The notes below the pieces were generated by a model. That model was not told the origin of the DNA and made no database searches. It saw only the letters and a list, made by a program, of their open reading frames with translations. Positions 56,533 to 64,000 of a stretch of 64,000 bases of DNA are shown here, piece by piece. Numbering within the stretch: the first letter of the stretch is position 1; every line of letters begins with the position of its first letter. Source of the stretch: Treponemataceae bacterium (GTDB taxonomy: Bacteria; Spirochaetota; Spirochaetia; Treponematales; Rectinemataceae); contig CAXXHO010000003.1 of NCBI GenBank assembly GCA_963667725.2, forward strand, positions 1,984,001 through 2,048,000. The letters are read 5' to 3'. The position numbers and the translations under genes were made by a program.

Positions 56533-57855
56533 ATGGATCGCGTCCACGAGGCTGGGAGGCTTGAGCGAATGAATGGCACTTTAGTTGTCGTGAATATCGG
56601 CGAACTGACAACCCCCCTCGGCGGTCGGGCCAGGCGCGGCGCCGAAATGGGCATGCTCCATGTGGTAAAGAACGCCATAATCGTCGCCGAAGAAGGAAAA
56701 ATCCTCTATGCAGGCTCGAGGAACAGCCCCGAAGGCGAGACAGCTCTCGCCAGGGCGCGCTCCGGAAACGCATCGTGGATGGACGCGAAGGGCCGCGCCT
56801 GCGTCCCCGGCTTCGTCGACAGCCATACGCACTTCATCTTCGGCGGATTCCGCGCCGATGAGTTCTTCTGGCGCGCTGAAGGTTTACCCTATATGGAGAT
56901 TCACCGGCGGGGAGGCGGAATCCGCCGGACCATGGACGCGACGCGCGGCTCCTCCCTCGAAGACCTGCTCGCCCTCGGCAATGCGCGCCTCGAAACGATG
57001 CTAGGCCTGGGCGTGACGACGGTCGAAGGCAAATCGGGCTACGGCCTCGACCGCGACACCGAGATCCGCCAACTGGAAGCCATGGCCGCCCTCGATCGGA
57101 CCCAGCCCGTCGACATCGTCCCCACGTACATGGGAGCGCATTCGATCCCCCCCGAGTTCGCGGGGCGGCCGTCCGACTACATCGACTTCGTCATAGAGAA
57201 AGTGCTGCCCGAGGTGGGAAGCCGCGGGCTCGCCGCATTCGCCGACGTTTTTTGCGAGGAAGGAGTCTTCGGCATCGAGGATTCGCGGCGCTACCTATTA
57301 GCCGCGCGCGCCGCCGGCCTCGGCCTCAAGCTGCACGCCGACGAGATAGTGCGCATAGGGGGCGCCGGCCTCGCCGCCGAACTCGGGGCCGCGAGCGCCG
57401 ACCATCTGCTCAAGGCCTCCAGGGAGGATCTCGCCGCCATGGGCGCGGCCGGCGTCATCGCCACCTGCCTCCCCCTCACCGCCTTCACCCTGCGGGAACC
57501 CTACGCTGACGCCCGCGCCATGATAGATTCAGGCCTCGCCCTCGCCCTCGCCTCCGACCTCAATCCGGGCTCATGTTACAGCCAGTCCATTCCGCTGATC
57601 TTCGCCCTCGCGACGCTCTATATGAAGCTCAGTTTCGCGGAAACGCTCACCGCCCTCACCCTCAACGGCGCCGCGGCCCTCGGCCTGGCTGAGACTCGCG
57701 GATCCATCGAGCCAGGCAAGGCGGCGGACTTTCTCCTCCTGGACGCCCCGACTGCCGAACACCTCGCCTACCACGTGGGCATGAATCTGGTCGCGCGGAC
57801 GATCAAAGACGGGGAAATCGCGAGTCATCGAGCCTTCTTCCTCGAAAAAACATAG
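56533..57855 (+). CDS. hutI: Imidazolonepropionase (start may be ATG 56569)
   Basis: PGFVDSHTH, GVTTVEGKSGYGL, DVFCEEGVF, KLHADE, SADHL, ASDLNPGS motifs. Confidence 0.96.
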   Translation: MDRVHEAGRLERMNGTLVVVNIGELTTPLGGRARRGAEMGMLHVVKNAIIVAEEGKILYAGSRNSPEGETALARARSGNASWMDAKGRACVPGFVDSHTHFIFGGFRADEFFWRAEGLPYMEIHRRGGGIRRTMDATRGSSLEDLLALGNARLETMLGLGVTTVEGKSGYGLDRDTEIRQLEAMAALDRTQPVDIVPTYMGAHSIPPEFAGRPSDYIDFVIEKVLPEVGSRGLAAFADVFCEEGVFGIEDSRRYLLAARAAGLGLKLHADEIVRIGGAGLAAELGAASADHLLKASREDLAAMGAAGVIATCLPLTAFTLREPYADARAMIDSGLALALASDLNPGSCYSQSIPLIFALATLYMKLSFAETLTALTLNGAAALGLAETRGSIEPGKAADFLLLDAPTAEHLAYHVGMNLVARTIKDGEIASHRAFFLEKT

Positions 57856-58715
57856 AGGCATACCGCGATCAGCACCCCCGCGAAGGCGACGATGAGGGCG
57901 GAAGAAGGCCTTTCGCCGAAGACCACGACGCCGAGAAAAAGCTGGGAAGTCGGAGAAACATATTGTATGAATCCCATCCTCTGGAGCGTGATGGAATTCG
58001 CCGCTTTCGCGAAGAAAAGCAGGGGCACGGCGGTGATGACGCCGGCGACCGTCAGGAGCAGGGTTATATAGACTCCCGAGTTCCAGTATGAGCCAGCTCC
58101 CGCCCTGTGCCTGGCGATCAGGAATACCAAGGCGAAGGGAAGGGCTATGAGCGTTTCAACGGTAAGGCCGAGCAGGGGCTCGAACCCCAGACGCTTTTTC
58201 ATCGCCCCGTAGAGAGCGAAACTCAGGCCCAGCAAGATGCTCACCCAAGGCACCGACCCATAGGCGATGGCCGCTCCCACTATCCCAGCTGTCGCTATCA
58301 GCACGGCTGCCCTCGTCCAGCGATCCGTTTCCTCCCTGAACAAGAGAGCGCCCAGGATGACGGAGAGCAGAGGATTTATATAGTAGCCAAGAGCTGATTC
58401 CATGACCCTGCCCGAATTGATGGCCCATATGTACAGGCCCCAGTTCGCGGTAACCATGGCCGAAGCCCCAAAGGCCATCAGCAATTTTTTTCTATTCTTG
58501 AAGAGCCCCAGGATTTCGGGGAGACGGCCTTTGGCGGCTATGAGCAGCAGGCAGAATATCGCGGCCCAAAAAATCCTGTGCATCAGGATCTGCAGAGGTT
58601 CCACCGAGGACAGCTGTTTCCAGAAAAGAGGGAAAAGCCCCCACATGCCGTAGGCCGCGAAGGCGGCCAGCGTGCCTCCGCGCGATGCCCTGGCGTTTTT
58701 TTCGTTCATTTGCAT
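57825..58715 (-). CDS. rarD: RarD family EamA transporter
   Basis: AYGMWGLFPLFWK, ANWGLYIWA, ALGYYINPL, GFIQYVSPT motifs. Confidence 0.92.
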   Translation of the reverse strand: MQMNEKNARASRGGTLAAFAAYGMWGLFPLFWKQLSSVEPLQILMHRIFWAAIFCLLLIAAKGRLPEILGLFKNRKKLLMAFGASAMVTANWGLYIWAINSGRVMESALGYYINPLLSVILGALLFREETDRWTRAAVLIATAGIVGAAIAYGSVPWVSILLGLSFALYGAMKKRLGFEPLLGLTVETLIALPFALVFLIARHRAGAGSYWNSGVYITLLLTVAGVITAVPLLFFAKAANSITLQRMGFIQYVSPTSQLFLGVVVFGERPSSALIVAFAGVLIAVCLYVFSRKKAR

Positions 58716-58948
58716 GGCTGCATAATAATGCCCAAATGACGATTCAGTCGAGCCTTGCATGCGATATGTCAATTATTTTGCCAGATGAAACGAAAGATGT
58801 AAAAAATAAAGCGGGATTATATCATCCAACGAATATTCTGTCAAATTTTTTTGAATAAAGATTGACTTCATCGCCGAGGTAGGTTTCTATCAATAAGTAC
58901 AGACCGGCAAAGGAGCCGCATGGCGGCCCATAGTTTCAAGGAGGCAAC

Positions 58949-60070
58949 ATGAAACGTTTTGCTCTCGTACTTGCTCTCATCGCGCTGGCAGCGTCCGCCG
59001 CCATGGCACAGGACATCAAGATCGGAGGAGTGGGTCCCGTGACCGGCGATGCCGCGACGTTCGGCGTTTCCACGAAGAATGGCATAGTCATGGCCGTCGA
59101 GGAGTGGAACGCGAAAGGCGGCATATTCGGCGGAAGAAAAGCCAAGCTTATCTTCGAAGATGACAAAGGCGACCCGGCAGAAGGCGCCACGGTCTACACC
59201 AAGCTCATCCAGCAGGACAACGTCGTCGCCATCATCGGAACGGTCATGTCGAAGGTTACCCTTGCCGGAGCGCCGATCGCTCAGGCTGCCGGCGTACCGA
59301 TGATCAGCCCGACTTCCACGAACGAGAAAGTCACCCTCGTCGGCGACTACATCTTCCGCGCCTGCTTCATCGATCCCTTCCAGGGAACGGTAGGAGCGAG
59401 TTTCGCCTTCAAGGACCTCAAAGCCAAGAAAGCGGCGGCGATCTTCGATCTTGGCAACGATTATACGAAAGGCCTTGCCGAAAACTTCAAGGCTACCTTC
59501 GAGAAACTGGCCGGAAAAAATTCGGTGGTCGCCTATGAGGGACACCCCTCCGGCGCCACGGATTTCAAAGCCCAGCTGACCAAGATCGTCATGGCCAAGC
59601 CCGATGTCATCTATGTTCCCGATTACTACAATGACGTCGGCCTCATAGCCAAGCAGGCCAGGGAACTCGGATTCAAGGGCCCGATGGTCGGCGGCGACGG
59701 ATGGGATTCGCCCGAACTCGTCAAGATCGGCGGAACGGCCGTGGAGAATGGATTCTTCACCAACCACTATTCCCCCGCGGACAAGCGCCCTATAGTCCAG
59801 GATTTCGTCAAGAAGTACACAGCCAAATTCGGAGCCGAGCCCGACGCTCTGGCCGCTCTCGCCTATGACGCGGCATACATCATGCTCGACGCCATAAAGC
59901 GCGCCGGTTCGACCAAGGGAACCGCGATTCGCGACGCTCTGGTCAAGACTTCGCTCGACACGGTTTCCGGCAAGGTTACCTTCGACGCGAACAGGAACCC
60001 GATCAAATCGGCCGTCATCATTGAGATGAAGGACGGGAAACAGGTTTACAAGACCACCGTCAATCCTTGA
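58949..60070 (+). CDS. livK: Branched-chain amino acid ABC substrate-binding protein
   Basis: IKIGGVGPVTG, DDKGDP, ISPTST, FRACFIDPFQG, TDFKAQLTKI motifs. Confidence 0.9.
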   Translation: MKRFALVLALIALAASAAMAQDIKIGGVGPVTGDAATFGVSTKNGIVMAVEEWNAKGGIFGGRKAKLIFEDDKGDPAEGATVYTKLIQQDNVVAIIGTVMSKVTLAGAPIAQAAGVPMISPTSTNEKVTLVGDYIFRACFIDPFQGTVGASFAFKDLKAKKAAAIFDLGNDYTKGLAENFKATFEKLAGKNSVVAYEGHPSGATDFKAQLTKIVMAKPDVIYVPDYYNDVGLIAKQARELGFKGPMVGGDGWDSPELVKIGGTAVENGFFTNHYSPADKRPIVQDFVKKYTAKFGAEPDALAALAYDAAYIMLDAIKRAGSTKGTAIRDALVKTSLDTVSGKVTFDANRNPIKSAVIIEMKDGKQVYKTTVNP

Positions 60071-60081
60071 CGGAATCAAGT

Positions 60082-60116
60082 GCCGGCCGGGGCTTCGCCC
60101 TCGCCGGCGGCTTTTT
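60082..60116 (+). terminator. Stem-loop with U tract after the binding-protein gene
   Basis: GCCGGCCGGGGCTTCGCCCTCGCCGGCGGCTTTTTT; a second hairpin lies at 60123-60153. Confidence 0.55.
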
Positions 60117-60248
60117 TCTCTAGGCCGCCTGTCCCGCTCTGGACAGAGCGGCCTCATCCATATTTAATGGGTAAGGTCTTATAGGGCAAATTCAGAAAAA
60201 AACGCCGGAGGATCCAGAAAATCCATCGCGCGGAAAGGGACAACCAGA

Positions 60249-61160
60249 ATGGGATCGATCTTCAACGCCCAACAAATCGTTAATGGCCTGCAAGTAGGCT
60301 CGATCTACGCGCTTATCGCCTTGGGCTATACGATGGTCTATGGCATCGTGAGGCTCATCAACTTCGCGCACGGCGATTTCTATATGATCGGGGCATACGC
60401 TTCGTACGGGGCATTTTTCCTGTTCAACGCGTTTTTCGCCGGCAAGACAGGAATACTCGCCTTCATCGTCCTCGTGGCTTCCATGCTCGCGGGCGGCCTG
60501 ATAGCGATGCTCGCCAACCGTCTCGCGTACAGGCCGCTGCGCTACAAGCCTAAGCTCTCCTCCCTCATCACCGCCATCGGCGTCTCCATGTTCCTCGAGT
60601 ATTTCTTCTCCGCCCTTCCCATGATCGGCCCTTCCTACCGATCCTTTCCCGACATACTGCCGAGGGTGGAGATCAACCTGGGCATCGCCACGATATCCAA
60701 TTATGTCATCATCGATATCGCCGTCGCCGCCGTCCTCATGGTGGGGCTCACCATCCTCGTCCGCTACTCCGTCCTCGGAAAGGCGATGCGCGCCGTCTCC
60801 CAGGACAAGGACGCCGCACGACTGATGGGCATCGACATCGAAAAAGTCATCGGCTATACCTTTATGATAGGCGGAGCCTTCGCCGGCGTCGCGGGGCTTC
60901 TGGCCGGGATGACCTATCCCAGGATTTTCCCCTACATGGGCATCCAGCCAGGCCTCAAGGCCTTCATCGCGGCCGTTCTCGGCGGCATAGGCAGCATACC
61001 TGGAGCAGTGCTCGGGGCTTATATCATGGGTCTTGCCGAAACCTTCGCCTCGGCCTACAACTCCCTCATCGGCGAGGGAATCGCTTTCGCGATTCTCATC
61101 CTCGTCCTTCTCATCAGGCCCAGAGGCCTACTCGGCGAAAAGACCGCCGACAAGATTTAG
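60249..61160 (+). CDS. livH: Branched-chain amino acid ABC permease
   Basis: GSIYALIALGYTMVYGI..LINFAHGD, GLKAFIAAVLGGIG motifs. Confidence 0.95.
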   Translation: MGSIFNAQQIVNGLQVGSIYALIALGYTMVYGIVRLINFAHGDFYMIGAYASYGAFFLFNAFFAGKTGILAFIVLVASMLAGGLIAMLANRLAYRPLRYKPKLSSLITAIGVSMFLEYFFSALPMIGPSYRSFPDILPRVEINLGIATISNYVIIDIAVAAVLMVGLTILVRYSVLGKAMRAVSQDKDAARLMGIDIEKVIGYTFMIGGAFAGVAGLLAGMTYPRIFPYMGIQPGLKAFIAAVLGGIGSIPGAVLGAYIMGLAETFASAYNSLIGEGIAFAILILVLLIRPRGLLGEKTADKI

Positions 61161-61169
61161 GAGCGCGCG

Positions 61170-62171
61170 ATGCCAAATCTCAAGACGATAAAACTGCCAA
61201 AACTGCTCATATTCGCGGCCGTTCTCTATGCCGCGATAGAAATTCTATATAAGACCGACCTGATGAACGGCTATATCCTCCATATCATAAATCAGTCGCT
61301 CATCTACGTGATTCTCGCGGTCAGCCTCAACCTCATCAACGGCATCACGGGCCAGTTCTCCCTCGGGCACATGGGATTCGCCGGCGTGGGCGCCTATGTA
61401 TCGGGTACTTTGACGACCCTCATTTTCAAGCTCAGCCCCTCGGCCCCGGGCGGGATGCTGGTCTTCATCGCGAGCATCGTCGCGGGAGGCATAGCCGCCG
61501 CCATCATCGGTTTTCTCATCGGCTTCCCCTCGCTCAGGCTCAAGGGCGACTATCTGGCCATCGTCACCCTCGGTTTCGGCGAGATCATCAGGACGGTCTT
61601 CAATAACATAGACTATGTCGGCGGGCCGCGCGGCCTCCTCGGCATCCCGAAATTTTCCAACTTCACCGTTATCTTCGTCGCCGCCTTCCTGACCATCGTC
61701 ATCATACGCAATCTCATCGAGTCCTCGCATGGAAGGGCCATGCTCTCCATACGAGAGAACGAGCTGGCCGCCGAACTCGTCGGCATCGATACCACGAAGT
61801 ACAAGGTTCTCGCCTTTAGCATCGGCGCTTTCTTCGCCGGAATCGCGGGCGGCCTCTTCGCCCATCTCCTCCAGCTCGCGCACCCCACGCAGTTCGGCTT
61901 CATCAAATCGGTGGAAGTGTTGATAATGATCTATGCCGGCGGCGTGGGCTCCATCACCGGTTCCACGGTCGCCGCCTTCGCCCTCACCTTCCTTTCCGAA
62001 GGCCTCAGGCTCGGCATCCGCTTCGTGGCGGACACCACCGGCCTTCCGATCGGCGGCGAATGGAGAATGGTCATCTACTCGCTGCTGCTCATCTTCATAA
62101 TGCTCTTCAGAACCGAAGGACTCATGGGAACGAAGGAATCCCGCCTAATCAAAATCGGGGAGGCCGACTGA
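61170..62171 (+). CDS. livM: Branched-chain amino acid ABC permease
   Basis: GQFSLGH, LRLKGDYLAIVTLGFGEIIR motifs. Confidence 0.95.
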   Translation: MPNLKTIKLPKLLIFAAVLYAAIEILYKTDLMNGYILHIINQSLIYVILAVSLNLINGITGQFSLGHMGFAGVGAYVSGTLTTLIFKLSPSAPGGMLVFIASIVAGGIAAAIIGFLIGFPSLRLKGDYLAIVTLGFGEIIRTVFNNIDYVGGPRGLLGIPKFSNFTVIFVAAFLTIVIIRNLIESSHGRAMLSIRENELAAELVGIDTTKYKVLAFSIGAFFAGIAGGLFAHLLQLAHPTQFGFIKSVEVLIMIYAGGVGSITGSTVAAFALTFLSEGLRLGIRFVADTTGLPIGGEWRMVIYSLLLIFIMLFRTEGLMGTKESRLIKIGEAD

Positions 62172-62941
62172 TGTCCGCCCAGCTCAGCATCCAGGGAATG
62201 ACACACTACTTCGGCGGACTGCGCGCCGTATCCAATTTCAGCTTCGACGTCCCCCAGGGAGCCATTTACGGTCTCATAGGCCCCAACGGCTCGGGAAAGA
62301 CGACGACATTCAACCTCATCACCGGCATCTACAACCCCACCGAAGGCAAGGTCCTCTTCGAAGGCAAGGATATCACCGGGATGAAGCCCTACAAAATAGT
62401 GCGCAGCGGCATAGCGAGAACTTTCCAGAACCTCAGGATATTCTCGAATCTCACCGCTCTCGACAATATTCGGATTGCCCGGCACTATACGACGAAATCG
62501 GGAATAGCCTCCTCGATTCTCCGCCTTCCTTCCTTCATGAACGAGGAGAAGACGGTAAAGCGAGAATCGGCCGCTCTCCTCGACTTGATGCACCTCTCAA
62601 GCAGGGCAAACGAGGAGGCCAAGAACCTCCCCTATGGCGAACTTCGCCGGCTGGAGATCGCGCGCGCCCTCGCCACCAAGCCCAAGCTGATCCTCCTGGA
62701 CGAACCGGCCGCGGGCATGAATCCCAAGGAAGTAGAGGAGCTCATGAGCCTCATCGTCCGGATCCGCGATGAGTTCAAGGTCACGATCTTTCTCATCGAA
62801 CATCATATGAAGGTCGTCATGGGAATCTGCGAATACATCAAGGTCATCGATTTCGGCGAAACCATAGCCGAAGGCATTCCCGATCTCGTCGGCAAGGACC
62901 CAAAAGTCCTGGAAGCCTATCTCGGAAAGAGGGGCGCGTAA
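62171..62941 (+). CDS. livG: Branched-chain amino acid ABC ATP-binding protein
   Basis: FGGLRAV, GPNGSGKTT, ARTFQN, LPYG, DEPAAGMN motifs; TGATG coupling to livM. Confidence 0.95.
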   Translation: MSAQLSIQGMTHYFGGLRAVSNFSFDVPQGAIYGLIGPNGSGKTTTFNLITGIYNPTEGKVLFEGKDITGMKPYKIVRSGIARTFQNLRIFSNLTALDNIRIARHYTTKSGIASSILRLPSFMNEEKTVKRESAALLDLMHLSSRANEEAKNLPYGELRRLEIARALATKPKLILLDEPAAGMNPKEVEELMSLIVRIRDEFKVTIFLIEHHMKVVMGICEYIKVIDFGETIAEGIPDLVGKDPKVLEAYLGKRGA

Positions 62942-63645
62942 TGCTTGTCGTTAAAAACCTCAAAGTGAACTACGGTAAGATAGAAGCGATAAAGGATGTA
63001 TCCTTCGAAGTCCCCGACGGAAAGATCGTCACCCTCATCGGCGCCAACGGCGCGGGCAAGACCACCACCCTCCGCGCCCTCTCCGGTCTGGAGAAATGTT
63101 CGGGCGGAAGCATCCTCTTCGACGGCAAGGAAATCGCCAACGTGGACGCCCATAAGCTCGTCCCCTTGGGGATCAGCCATGTCCCCGAAGGCCGTAAGAT
63201 ATTCCCCACCCTGACGGTTCGCGAAAACCTCGAGCTGGCCGGATGGACGATCAAGGACAAGAAGCTCGTAAAGCAGCGCATGGAGGAAGTTTTCGAAATA
63301 TTCCCGCGCGTAAAGGAAAGGGCCGGCCAGCTGGGCGGGACGCTTTCCGGCGGCGAGCAGCAGATGCTGGCGGTAGGCAGGGCTCTCGTGACGGGAGGGA
63401 AGCTTCTTCTCCTGGATGAACCTTCAATGGGTCTGGCTCCCGTCCTCGTCGACGAAATCTTCGAGCAGATCGTTGCCATCAACAAGCGGGGCACCACCAT
63501 ACTGCTGGTGGAGCAGAACGCCGCGGAAGCCCTCGACATAGCCGATTTCGCCTATGTCCTGGAAGTCGGCTACACGACGATCAGCGGCTCGGCCAAGGAT
63601 ATCGCCGCCGATCCGCGCGTCAGGGAAGCGTATCTGGGAGTATAA
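62941..63645 (+). CDS. livF: Branched-chain amino acid ABC ATP-binding protein
   Basis: GANGAGKTT, VPEGRKIF, LSGGEQQMLA, DEPSMGLAP, VEQNA motifs. Confidence 0.96.
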   Translation: MLVVKNLKVNYGKIEAIKDVSFEVPDGKIVTLIGANGAGKTTTLRALSGLEKCSGGSILFDGKEIANVDAHKLVPLGISHVPEGRKIFPTLTVRENLELAGWTIKDKKLVKQRMEEVFEIFPRVKERAGQLGGTLSGGEQQMLAVGRALVTGGKLLLLDEPSMGLAPVLVDEIFEQIVAINKRGTTILLVEQNAAEALDIADFAYVLEVGYTTISGSAKDIAADPRVREAYLGV

Positions 63646-63693
63646 AAAGCAGACAGGATCACAGGATCGCGATGATCGACAGGAAAAAGATAT

Positions 63694-63745
63694 AGCTAAA
63701 GAAAGAGGAGAAGATCTAGTTCTCCTCCTTCTTTAGCTTTTTTTT
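63694..63745 (+). terminator. Intrinsic terminator after the liv operon
   Basis: AGCTAAAGAAAGAGGAGAA ... TTCTCCTCCTTCTTTAGCT followed by a T run. Confidence 0.8.
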
Positions 63746-63926
63746 CCTTTTTTCCCGACTAAACCTGACAAGGATTCAGGACGAAAAAGCGGCCCGATAC
63801 CCCTGCCGGTTTCTATCCAAAAGGACGATATTTTTCTTGCGGAACAAGCCGATTGGTGCTAAATTCTCTTGAACGATAATCCCATTATTATCGATTCAAA
63901 AAGCATTATTAGGGGGAAAAAGACTC

Positions 63927-64000
63927 ATGAAGCGTTCAAGAATTTTAGCCGCAGCGCTAATGGCGCTACTGCTGGTCCTTTCGGCATGCACGAATGCGCC
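63927..64000 (+). CDS. Lipoprotein, 5' fragment truncated by the window end
   Basis: MKRSRILAAALMALLLVLSACTNA with lipobox LSAC; AGGGGG SD-like motif upstream. Confidence 0.7.
   Translation, partial: MKRSRILAAALMALLLVLSACTNA

Noticed and set aside
58770..58860. CodY-like box upstream of livK
   Set aside because: Weak match in AT-rich DNA, and CodY is not expected in this lineage.
1..64000. Mobile elements, prophage, defence systems, tRNA/rRNA genes
   Set aside because: No transposase, integrase, phage, restriction or toxin motifs and no cloverleaf or rRNA signatures were recognised by eye; a tRNAscan/Infernal run would be needed to exclude small RNAs formally.

Overview
A gene-dense, GC-rich bacterial chromosome segment, most likely from an anaerobic spirochaete of the Treponema/Rectinema type. 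That inference rests on the S21 sequence, the def-fmt-PASTA order and a spirochaete-type coiled-coil protein. I saw no rRNA, tRNA, CRISPR array, transposase, integrase or phage genes. Contents in order: housekeeping genes (def, fmt, rpsU, deoD, pseudouridine synthases); a ~12 kb FbpA/AfuA-type ABC uptake island with a near-identical duplicated binding-protein gene, a YesM/YesN two-component pair, a third binding protein, two phosphatases and a phosphodiester-glycosidase lipoprotein; a BMP/nucleoside-type ABC operon with three amidohydrolases, one of them frameshifted; an NfnAB-type pair; pyruvate:ferredoxin oxidoreductase (nifJ); mazG, MATE, MFS-HEAT and antiporter-EIIA genes; hutH and hutI separated by a probable PPi-dependent PEP carboxykinase; and a livKHMGF-type operon. 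The most unusual signal is at 30470-30620. Two tiny ORFs (17 and 19 aa, below the ORF-track cutoff) chain nfnB to a TPR gene through stop/start overlaps, and each re-encodes the NfnB C-terminal peptide (R)RAAA(A)INEVLQ using synonymous codons. At least seven genes also appear leaderless (TANNNT-N6-start). All calls come from motif recognition by eye; no searches were run.
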